Of a DNA stretch of 64,000 bases, positions 36,776 through 48,052 are shown piece by piece (position 1 is the first letter of the stretch; every line of letters starts with the position of its first letter). The stretch lies in contig NC_043003.1 of assembly GCF_006345805.1 (NCBI RefSeq), positions 96,720,001 through 96,784,000 on the forward strand, in the 5' to 3' direction. Both the position numbers and the translations under genes were made by a program. The notes under the pieces are model-generated. The model was not told the DNA's origin and ran no database searches. It saw only the letters and a program-made list of their open reading frames with translations. The stretch is from Octopus sinensis. Its lineage: Eukaryota.

Positions 36776-37938
36776 GTATGTATGTGTGTATGATCTTGAG
36801 TGGCGAATAATTTAGATTGAGCCTTGTTAGTGATAAGTATAGTGCCGGTGGTCGGCCGTAAAATGATGATAGTGGTAGATATTGCTTAATGGAGGTAGCA
36901 GTGGTTGCTGGACAGCAAAAAATGTAGTTTTTAATGTTTTTGAAAATATTTTATATCACCTATCTTTTGATGCATGCGTTTTATTGTAATTAAATTTTGC
37001 TTGCTCAGTCGAAGAATACTTGTTTATAAACTAGGGACAACGATATACAATGTAAACTAGGAATAGGAAAAGACAAGAAAGCTTAAGATTAATCGTTTTT
37101 ATAGTTTTCTTTTCCAAATAGCATATTCTGATTTGTGGAAACTTTACAAATATACTGTCCAAAAGGAGGATCAAGAGTCTTTCCCGAACCATTGACTCAT
37201 GAATCCGGTTTCTCGGACTCTGTGGCATATACATCGCATCCTGGACAGGACACATCTCCGTCGCAGAATTATTCATTTCTGTTAGCTGAGTGAACTGGAA
37301 AAATGTGAACTGAAGTGTTTTGCTCAAGAACACAACGCATCAGCAGTCCATCAATCAAAAACACAGCGTTGCCTTCGTAAGTGCCACACCCAAACCACTA
37401 AGCCATGCAAATCCATACCAACTTACAGCAGCAGAATAATAATTGAAGATTATGTCTTCAATTTTGTTCCATAGTTTATATTGTTTACTTCTTGGCACAA
37501 AGCGAAAAATATTAGATAACTCACAAAGTACTAAGGATAAGAATGTAGCTTTCAAAAAAAGTTGTTTCTTGAGACTGCGTCTTCAATGCTACCTATGTGG
37601 ATTTTTATACCATCTCAAGAATCAATCATTTCAGAAAAATATACAATTTTGTGTTACAATTTCAAAAATAATTTAGGAAATTTCACGAGCACTGATAGTA
37701 GTTATTTATGTAAGAGTTTCATCTAAAAAAATTGAAATAATTTGAGATAGTTCAATGTGATGAGTGAAACAGTGCTATTGAAAACAAATGAAGAATAACC
37801 TGATTTTCTCTGCGCTAATGATATACATTTTTGTAATATATAATTGGAACTCATGCTTTAAAAAAATTTTTGTAATGCATAAATTGTAATACATAATTGT
37901 AATACATAATATATTTTTTAGATTTTTGTAATACATAA

Positions 37939-39102
37939 TTGGCGTTTATGTTCTTTTTAGGTATAAGTTTTGCTCTTGAACAGTCGTACTTCGATAAAAG
38001 AACATCGATATTAAAACATACCAAAGTGACTTATAGAAAAAAACCGAAGCGTTCAAATGTTCCAGATGAGTATTATGATAAACCACGACCTTACAAACAC
38101 AACTTCAAAAGACTTATCAATGAACCAGATCTCTGTTCTAGGCATGAACGACTTTTACTTCTCTATATTGTTAGAAGCTTTCACACCAATTTTGGTCGTC
38201 GGGAAATACTAAGAGAAATATTCCAGGATATTCCGCATGATCCTTACTCAAAAAATATAATTGTTAGACATGTTTTCATATTTGGTAAAACAAAAAATTC
38301 TACATTAGAATCCTTAATTCAGAACGAGGGTAATGAGTATAGAGATATCATTCAGGAAGATTTTATGGAGTCCTACACTAATATTTCATTAAAAACAATA
38401 ATGGCGTGGAAATGGAGTGTAGAATTTTGTGGTAACGCTGATTATGTGATGGTCATGAACGATGAACTTTTTGTAGATCAATACAAATTGGTGCCTTATC
38501 TCCATTATCAGTTGCTTCAATCAACACGTAAAGATCGTTTTGTAGCCTGTTACTGATATGAAGATTCAGGAGATGTAAAATTCTTTCACGAAGTGAAACA
38601 CGTTCCTCAGAATATTCTTTACAAAGGAAAGCGCTTTCCCCGATTTTGTAATGGCGTGGGTTATGTGGCACATATTTTTCTAATTAATAAACTGTATATT
38701 GCTGCGTTGGACAACCATGTTTTTATGCCTGATGATGCTTGGAATGGACTTTTAGCAGAAAAATTGAATATAGAGCTACCTTACTCAAATAAATTTTATG
38801 AATTTTACAATCCTATTCAGAAATTTTCTTCACCTGATTATGAGTCAAGTGTTATAATGTTTGCAGTAACTGATAAGAGAAGTAATAGGAATCACGTGGA
38901 CGCTATAGAAGAAAAACTTTTAACCATTTTTGCTAATCGCAGCGCCAAGAACCAAGGAGAAATTTTGTATATTGAACATAATACAGACGAAATATCTTAT
39001 ATTCGTGTGTGGCTGATAATTATAGCAATAATCCTATGTTTTGTACTTTACGAAACAAGAAAATATTTTCGAAGGTTCTCAATTATATATTTCAAAATTT
39101 GA
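37939..39102 (+). pseudogene. GT31 (Galactosyl_T) beta-1,3-galactosyltransferase-like gene with one in-frame TGA at 38554-38556
   Basis: Track ORFs 37939-38556 and 38593-39102 are in the same frame; motifs NFGRREILR, VFIFG, EYRDIIQEDFMESYTNISLKT, C.NADYVMVMNDELFV, PRFCNGVGYV, DDAWNG. The true start may be in an upstream exon. Confidence 0.85.
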
Positions 39103-40183
39103 CATTTATGTAAGTTTTTTTAATATGATTTATAAATACAATTCATAAAATATGTTGGTATTAATGGAAACGAGTATGGATTCTTTTACTTTTTGTAATT
39201 AATTCACATGTCTTTAATTGTCTTTTATAAAGATTTTTCCACCGAAATATCATTCCCTCTTTAATTAACCATCGTAATTATGAATGCAAGACTGTAATAG
39301 CGAATACATTTTTTTAAAAAATGATTTATCAATAAACAGTAGAATACACTAAGCATGTATTTTTACTGCTGTTAAGACCGAGACCAGCGTCCATTAAGTA
39401 GACGTATAAAATCAGATATTCACACCCACGTTAATCTAGATCTTTTCTTGTGTATTGCACATTTAGAATTATATTATCCAAAGCACACGTCCTCTCTATT
39501 TTAAGCATAAAAATGTAATTCGCGGGTGATTTCACTACTATTCCTAACATGTCGAACAACTACAAAGAATCTCTTTCGTTGCCTCACATTTTATCATATA
39601 TCTTGGTCTATAGGAATTTGGTCTTTAACATCATTTAAGAATATTATAAAATCTGGACTTAACATTTTGTGCTTTTGAGTGACGAGCAATGCGTGGCTCC
39701 CTTTGTCTTATCACTCAGTATTTACAACTGAAATTTACATACATGTTTGTGAAGCTGGATTGATAAAAACGTATTATAAAGCTGTGTAACATGCCTTAAA
39801 TTAACATCACAGCATATTTTGCCAAACACACATCAGTCACTATTTTCAACAGATGATGAACAATAAATTATCAGCTAAGATCACCTTGTGCATTCCGTTT
39901 ACAGTAAAGCATTCTTTCATATGGTTTTGCTAGCAACGTTCAGTCAATCGAGGGCTTTCAGGACAGTAGTAGATTAGAAGTTTGTTGTACGGAGAATAGC
40001 AACTTATTGTAGCGTGGATTCAAATCGTATCGTTGTCGACGCGGAGCATTTTTTTTTATACGTTAACAATACAAGCAAAAATAAAAAGAAAACAGTTACA
40101 AAATCACAGTCATATCTATCTATCTATATATATGTCTGCCTGTCTGTCTATCTATATATCTATCTCTCTGTCTGCCTGACTGC

Positions 40184-40225
<42 letters not shown>

Positions 40226-40338
40226 GTCTGTCTATCTATCTATATATCTATCTATCTATATATCTGTCTGACTGCCTGCCTATCTATCTATCTATCTCCC
40301 TGTCTGTCTGTCTATCTATCTATATATCTATCCATCTG

Positions 40339-40392
<54 letters not shown>

Positions 40393-40433
40393 ATATATAT
40401 ATATAATATATATGTGTGTGTCTTATGTATGTA

Positions 40434-40460
<27 letters not shown>

Positions 40461-40464
<4 letters not shown>

Positions 40465-41411
40465 TGTTATATTTCGGAATGGTCATATTGCCAGTTTAGC
40501 CAATAAAAACACACGCACTATATATTTGGTGTTATTTTGCTTCAGTGATATTTATTTTTTACATTAATCTTAATCTTATTTCGGCCAAAGTTCTTTCGTC
40601 ACACTCCTGTGACCGCATCAGTGGTCCTTTGTTTTCTTCTCACTTACTTGTGTCTCTCCTTACTAACCGTCAGCCATTTTATATTTCTATTGTATGTCTT
40701 CATTTGCGCATGTTTATATCTCTATGTGCGTCTATGTTTATTTAGTGTGTGTGTGGGGGGGATGCCTGTAATATTTGTATCTTCTGGTTATATACATTCT
40801 TGTAATTTGTATTTTGTTTTTGTTGTTGTTGCTTTTGTTCTAATTTTGTTCATGTGTTTACATCCACCCATTATTATCATTACATATGCTTGTATGTATG
40901 TATAACAACAATATTAGTAATAATAATAATAAATCTAATGGAAAAAAAAAGGAATATACATATACATATATACATACACATACATATACATATATATATA
41001 TATACATATACACACACATATATACACATATACATATACATATATATACACATATACATATATATAGATATTCATTTCTATTTCTTTAATTACCTGTGTA
41101 TTTATTATGTAAATAAGGAAGGTAAAAGCTCATCGATTCTGTACCAACACGCCGAACAAGAACACGGGGGATCTATCAATAACATAGAGATTAAGATATT
41201 GTCCACACATAGAACAGATGCAACAATTAGACAAATTACAGAAGCTACACATATAATAGAAAATAAACCTAGCCTGAATAGAAAACTAGAATGGAGCAAT
41301 AGCGCACACCACAACATATGACAATAGTGGATCCTGCAAACACCAAATATATAGTGCGTGTGTTTTTATTGGCTAAACTGGCAATATGACCATTCCGAAA
41401 TATAACAATAT
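40461..41411. mobile_element. Short Penelope-like 3' fragment (GIY-YIG C-terminus ~41105-41321, +) with perfect 73-bp inverted termini
   Basis: SILYQHAEQEH...IKIL...IRQITEATHIIENKPSLNRK; 40461-40533 is the exact reverse complement of 41339-41411. Confidence 0.7.
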
Positions 41412-41463
41412 CTGTTCAACACACGACTTCACATAAAAAATCTTGCACAACAAATTTTAACGT

Positions 41464-41510
<47 letters not shown>

Positions 41511-41660
41511 TCATATATATATATATATATAACTTATATATATATAACTCATATATATATAACTTATATATATATAACTCATATATATATGTATATATAT
41601 ATATAACTCATAGAATTCCAAGAAATTTTAAACGGACTGGACGTAAACATCCAATTCACG

Positions 41661-42632
41661 ATGGAATATAGCCAGCAAGAACTCCCCTTCCTCGATATCC
41701 TCATTAAGAAAGCTAATAATGTAATAGAAACAGACATATATTATAAGCCTACAGATTCTAAGCAATATCTTTCATTCAATTCATGCCACCCCAGACACAC
41801 CAGGATGAATATCCCCTTCAATCTAGCAAAAAGGATATGCACTATAGTTTCTAAAGCAAACACCAGAGATACACGACTACAAGAACTAAAAGATACCCTT
41901 ATCACCAGGAACTACCCACCTTCACTTATTGACATGTGCATTCAACATGCCCTTCAACTTAACATCAAGGAACTGAGACATCCCAAATCAAAGAAAAACT
42001 TACGACCAAAAGCCTTACCATACATCTCCACACACACCCCTCTCAATAATGAAGCCTTCGGCACCATCCTCCACAACATACCCCTCCTAAAAAAAGACCA
42101 CAGAATGAACACAATCCTCCAAACACACACGATCATAAAAAGCAAGAGACAGCCTAAATCTATGAAAAGTCTCCTAACACAAGCCCGAATACACTCTTCA
42201 ACACAGAAGCCGACAGTAAAAAAATGCGGAAGACCCAATTGCGGGATATGCGATTATCTAATTGAGGGATCAGAGTTCTCCTTCAAACAGGGACAACGGT
42301 TTACAGTGAAAAGCAACTTCACATGTGCTTCGGAGAACCTAATATACTCACTAACCTGCTCCGGGTGTCAAGAGCAGTACGTAGGCCAAACAAAAAATAG
42401 TTTGCGTAAAAGAATGGCCCTGCACAGATCCCAGATAAAAATTCCCCAAAACAGAAAAATAGCTTTCAGCCAACACATAGATACTTGCGCCAACAACAAA
42501 ACACCAAGCTTTAGGATTTCCCCCCTCTACCAATTTAGGGACGATACAACCTCGAGACAACGAATAAGTAAAGAAACTCTCTTTATTACAAAATACAGGC
42601 CACTTCTTAACGGGTCTACGACAAACGATTAA
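41661..42632 (+). CDS. Penelope-like RT thumb and GIY-YIG endonuclease, partial, 323 aa
   Basis: LPFLDILI, TDIYYKPTD..QYL.FNSCHP, CGRPNCGIC, NLIYSLTC..CQEQYVGQTKNSLRKRMALH, KETLFITKYRPLLN. Confidence 0.9.
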   Translation: MEYSQQELPFLDILIKKANNVIETDIYYKPTDSKQYLSFNSCHPRHTRMNIPFNLAKRICTIVSKANTRDTRLQELKDTLITRNYPPSLIDMCIQHALQLNIKELRHPKSKKNLRPKALPYISTHTPLNNEAFGTILHNIPLLKKDHRMNTILQTHTIIKSKRQPKSMKSLLTQARIHSSTQKPTVKKCGRPNCGICDYLIEGSEFSFKQGQRFTVKSNFTCASENLIYSLTCSGCQEQYVGQTKNSLRKRMALHRSQIKIPQNRKIAFSQHIDTCANNKTPSFRISPLYQFRDDTTSRQRISKETLFITKYRPLLNGSTTND

Positions 42633-43320
42633 TATACCTCAACTTTAGAATAAAAGAAATACACACACACATATTACATTCCAAAGAATCCATTACAAAT
42701 CAGCCCCAATCACAGCTATAATCCATAACGTGCCAACTTCAAGTCATACAACACCTCACTACTTTCACCCATTCATATTCTCCCTTCTCTTTCTTCTTCT
42801 TCTTCTTCCTCTTCTTCTTCATCATCATCGTCGTCATCATCATCACCATCATCATCATCTTCTTCTTCTCCTTCTACTTCTTCTTCTTCTTCTTCTCTTC
42901 TTCTTCTTCTCTTCTTCTTCTTCTTCTTCATCATCATCATCATCATCAACATCGTCATCTTCTTCTTCTCCACCCTCTACCTCTTAACTTTATCACTAAT
43001 GCTTTTTAGTATAACACCTACGCAAATTCCATAAACAAACCTTTCAATAGAAATATTCTCCTGAATTGAACTGCAACTGCTAGCCGCCACTGACCATTCA
43101 AAATACGACCATCAAGGCACTCCCAAATTTTTCCACCCCCTCTCTTCATCAACCTTCTTCTTCTTCTACCCTACCAAGAATTCACAACGGCCTTGAACAC
43201 ACAAGTGCAAACAAGGGAGACAGAGAAAGGCAGAATGCCACTTATATTCAAACACTATACAAATATTCCTTTAAAAAAACTTTTCTTTTAATTTTTCCAA
43301 ATTTAATTATTTAATCGTTA

Positions 43321-43358
43321 CAGTTGAAAAGGTCACAAAATGACCGAAACCGGTACTG
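43321..43358 (+). ncRNA. Minimal Penelope-type hammerhead with a U3-A8 core variant
   Basis: CAG-TTGAAAA-GGTCA(CAAAA)TGACC-GAAA-CCGG-TA-CTG. Confidence 0.62.
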
Positions 43359-43583
43359 AAATGTTGTTTATTAAATTATTTTAGCATTTTCTATTTTGAC
43401 TTGTTTTTTCATATATATATATATATAAACTAGTACTATATACTAGCTAGTTTGGTATAAATTTGTTAAATTAAAAATTTGGGCTAATAAAACATACAAT
43501 GACATATTAAATAGACGAATTAAAATTCCAGATAAAAATATATAGAAGATAAATATACAAATTTACAAAAATACCTAAAAGTT

Positions 43584-43665
43584 CATCTACAGGCCGTTTC
43601 GGAGATGCATCAATTAATATGAAATATATTATATATTTAAAATAGACACTCCCCTCGTCAGGATG
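43584..43665 (-). ncRNA. Type I hammerhead ribozyme motif
   Basis: CATC-CTGACGA-GGGGA-(long AT-rich loop)-TCTCC-GAAA-CGGCCTG-TA-GATG; intact core, 5-bp stem II with one G.U. Confidence 0.68.
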
Positions 43666-44019
43666 TTTTTTACACACAACACATAGTACACGTAGACAAA
43701 TGCACAATTACATACCTGCTACACGCAAAAGACCAGACATTACGTACTCCCAAAAATTCTTCTAGATACTGAATGCTACTTTATAAGCATACTAGCATTA
43801 AAGACCCGTCGTCGCCGGGTCATAATGCTAGTGCATGTATATATGTGTATATATATGTGTTCATATTATATGTACATCTATATATATATATATACATATA
43901 CACATAAAATACAAAATATAATGTTATATCTTGATATCGCTAGTGATAACAATACTCAAAATATATTACAGACTGGAATTGTTAATCCATCTCTCGTAAT
44001 TTCGATCAATTGTATTTTG

Positions 44020-44287
44020 TCCTTCCTTCTGGTATAGACGTGTGGCTACAATCCAGCCTACCTCTACTTCTAGATGGGAGGCATTTAAAATTTTTCTTAC
44101 CGGGACGTCCTACGTCCCAGATATAAAGGTAAAAATGAAAAATTTCCACTTTGCAAGTTCTAGTCGAGTACTCCCTTGCACGCTCCGTTGACTCGAACCT
44201 TGCTTCTATTGTGGCGAACTTACCGCCTCTGATTAGATGTCTTTCATAGTCGCACCAAGACACTTTTCGAAGGTGCTTTCCTCCATG
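44020..44287 (-). pseudogene. Decayed Tx1-like ORF1 relic containing the insertion target; continues at 46206-46300
   Basis: Frameshifted blocks MEESTFEKCLGATM / LIRGGKFATIEARF / LYLGRRTSR / LEVEVGWIVAT match ORF1 blocks IEKCLGDIM / RGKRYGTVEVRF / LYKGKRTSK / PEVKTEWLATA. Confidence 0.78.
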
Positions 44288-46205
44288 TTGTTTTATTATT
44301 ACCCACTAGGGGCTACATAGATGGGACAATACAATCGGGAAAATGAATAATGAGTTATGAAGTTTGTACAATGTTGTGCAATGCCCACTCGATCCCCGAA
44401 ATCGAGCGGTTACATTTCGTCATTTATTTTTATTCGTCAACAATATTTTCAAATAAAACATTTTATACATTTTCAACATACATTTCAAAAAGTTTTACAA
44501 AGTTCAACATTTCTTTTTTTTTTTCCGAATTTAAAGTTCTTTTTATCATTTACAAATTAAAGTTTTCACAATACCTTTTCTTTTATATATACTCCATTAT
44601 GTCTACCAAATCTGAGTAAATTTCCATCGTTCGAGGCCACCTTGGAAGTCGGCATTTCATATGTTTTAACACGTTCTCGCCAGCTGCCTCGATGAACGCC
44701 TCGGCGTCGTTCTCGTGGACGAGTGCACCTGTTTCTTTCCATTCGGTGCCCATCCTGACCCACGTATATCCGTTTGTTTCGCTTATTAAATTTTCCATCT
44801 CCTCACAGTGCTTGTGATGGATCAACGTTCCATAGTATTTGAATTTTCTATTCGTACCTGCGTTTTCTCTAGTTTTTCTCTTAGGACTTACTTCCTCATT
44901 TTTCTCCTCCCTCGGTTTCTCTTTTTCTCTCTTTTTGCTTTCTCTTCTTTCTTTTTCCTTCTCTTGTCTTTTTGGCTCTTTGTCTGCCGTCTCTCTACCC
45001 TGTGCCTTAAGTTCCTTTCCTGTTGTTTCTTTTCCTTTTTGCATACCATCTTTTCCTTTCTCTTGGTTCTGTTCCTTCTCTTGTTCTTTTCCTGCTTTTT
45101 CTCTTTCCTTTAATGTACTTTCCTTTTCTTTCTCTTGCTTCTGCCTTGGCTCCTTCTCCTCTACTTCTGCACCCTGTGAATTTTGCTCCTTTTCTACTAT
45201 CTTCTTCCCTTTGTTTTCATTTTCCTTCAGTGCGCTGTTACTTCCCTTCTCTTGTTGTTTCTCCGTTATTTCCTTTTCCTTGTTTTCGCTGTTCTTTCCT
45301 TCGTGTTCGTTTTCCTTCTCTCCACTTGTGTCTCTTTTTGCTCCGCTGTGAATTCATACAGCGGACATTCCTTTTTTATGTGCCCTCTTGAACCGCACAG
45401 GTAGCAATTCGGTTTTCTGCCTTCCACTATTACACTAATTGTTTTTTCGTTTTCTATTTCTATTTGGAAGGGAAATCTTTCGATGTCTTCAATTGTGGCC
45501 ATCAGCCACAACTCGACTCCGAATCCCTTCCAATTTACAACGTTCGTCTCCTTAATTGACCCTATTTCTACTTCCTCTTTTGCTGCCCCAATAATGGCTG
45601 TTACCAGCATTTCTGTTTTAATATTTGGGGGCACCTTTGGGACTCTTACCCGTACCCCTCGTCTTCCTTTATACGTCGGCCACATGGTGAAATTTTCCGC
45701 TTTCAGGACAGTGGAAGCCAATGAGGCCGCCACTTCCTTTGTTGCGCATCTCACCTCCACCGTACCATATTTCTTTCCTCTGTCTACAAAAGTCGCTTTT
45801 TTCATGATGTATCCCAGACATTTCTCTATTTCTTCAATCGTCACTCTCACCAGTTTTCTCGTGTTTCTATCTTGCGTTCTATACGTTATCGTCTTGTTAT
45901 TTTTTTCTTCTATTGTTTCCACAGGCGGGACCAGCTTCACGCTGTCACCCTCCCTTTTGACGAACTTCTCGTATTCCTTCAATTGTTCTTTTCTAAAGAA
46001 CACTTCTTTTATTCTAAGTGACTCGTCACTTTTTGTTGTGGCGACCCCCGCGTAAGTCTCCATGACTTGAGGGTCGACACACCTTCTATAAAAGGTTCAA
46101 ACACGCAGCGGCAAACGCCTCGCGCGATTCAATTTTTGACAATTTTTTAACAGTTTTTTTCAAAAGTTTCACATGCAAAAATAACTCACAACACACGTGG
46201 GTAAA
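44288..46205 (-). mobile_element. Solo ORF1-only element, family c (ORF1 44583-46063, frameshifted), with 11-bp TSD TTTCCTCCATG
   Basis: Near-identical to U4/U5; TSD at 44277-44287 and 46206-46216. Confidence 0.93.
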
Positions 46206-47966
46206 TTTCCTCCATGTGTTCAAATCTTCTTTCTTCTCTACACTGTATACTTTATAGACAATAGTCTTTTCTTTAATTTAATTTTTTATTATCCATCTGG
46301 ACTATTCCATTTCTGCATGCCAATTTTATATTTAATTTATTCCCATTCATGGGAATCCACTTATTCAAGTTCAAGTCATTGATGCAATGTTATACCAATT
46401 ACTATTTTTATTTTCATTTTATATTACGATTATATTATACTTTAGTTTGATTTTAATTATTACTTACTACATATAATTCAATTGTTATTCTTATTTTTAT
46501 TGTTAAAGTGAAAGTATCTGACATAAAATAGAGAAATGTTTTTGTTTCATTTTTAACACGCAATACTGAAATAGTTGAGAAGATATGATATTGCTATGGG
46601 CTCGCTCTAGGCAAGAAGTTGAACTTTGTTTGCCCATTAAACTACATGGACGCTATGTAAGGCTTGTGTAAAATTTGAATGAAATTGGTTGATATGATAT
46701 TGCTGTGGGCTCGCCCTAGTCAAAAAGTTCAAAATTTTTTTTGGCGATGACTCTCTCCGGTCATGTGTAAGGCATGTGTAAAATTTGAATGAAATTGGTT
46801 GTGTAGTTCTCAAGTTTTAGGGAAACAGACAGACAGACAGACAGTCAGACAGACAGACACACATTCTCAGTTTTTTGTATATAAAGATAATTCAATCTAG
46901 CAGCTATAGTAAATGGTATAAGCACATCTCGATCTGGACTAATTCACTTCTGCACTCAAATAAATTTTTCATCTTTTAATTTCTCCCATTCATGCAAAGC
47001 CACATATTCGAGTTCAAGTCCTTGATACATTTTATACTAATTGCTATTTTTCCTTTTAATTGTTATATAACGATTTAATTACCATTTTAATAAAATAAAA
47101 TATATTTAATTACTACTTACTATATTTACTATATTTAATTCAATTGTTATTATTACCTCTAACTTTTTTTGCAATTTTTATTTCTAAATTTCTTATGGAA
47201 CGTCGAGTGGATCGTATGCGTACAATATATTTTTTATATGATGTTTTTATATTTATATATTACTATATATTTCTAAACGTCGGGCTTTATGTCTGTTCTG
47301 TAGATATAAATGAATATATGAATATATGTATGTGTTTGATCTCTCTGTGGATTTTGTAGTGCTTTTGTAGTTGCTGCTCACATTGCCTCCCCTCGGATTA
47401 AAAAGTATATATAGCTCTGCTATATATTTTGAGCGTTGTTGTCACTAACGATCTCAAGATATAACTTTATATTTTGTAATATATATATATATACATCCAT
47501 ATACATACAATAGAGAGATGTTTTTGTTTCACTTTTAACACGTAATACTGAAATAGTGGAGATGATATAGTACTGCTGTGTGCTTGCTCTAGGTAAGAAG
47601 TTAAACATTTTTTTGCCGATGACACTCCCCGGACCCTAAATAAGGCATGTGTGAAATTTGAATGAAATTGGGTGCGTAGTTATCAAGATTTAGGAAAACA
47701 CACAGACACACACACACACATTCTTAGTTTTATATACATATATGTATATATAAGTAAATATATGGCACAACGAAGTACCGATATTTACTGGAAAATAGCG
47801 AACGTAATAAATACGACGCGAATGTATAGCTTCACCGCGTATGTACTAGCAAAAATGCGTGTGTGCAACAAACTTGAAAAAATTGTCTTACTTCCATTCT
47901 TTACTGGAAAGAAATACTCTCGTATTGCATTACTATGTTTAACCACTTGTGGGTAGTAAAGAAATA

Positions 47967-48026
<60 letters not shown>

Positions 48027-48052
48027 TATATATATATATATATATATATATT

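Larger units (their letters stand above)
41611..43410 (+). mobile_element. 5'-truncated Penelope-like element
   Basis: RT C-terminus plus GIY-YIG ORF, a (TTC/CAT)n-rich 3' region and a minimal hammerhead near the end. Confidence 0.85.

Noticed and set aside
38554-38556. Selenocysteine reading of the GT31 TGA
   Set aside because: GT31 enzymes are not known selenoproteins and no SECIS-like hairpin was evident by eye in the AT-rich 3' region.
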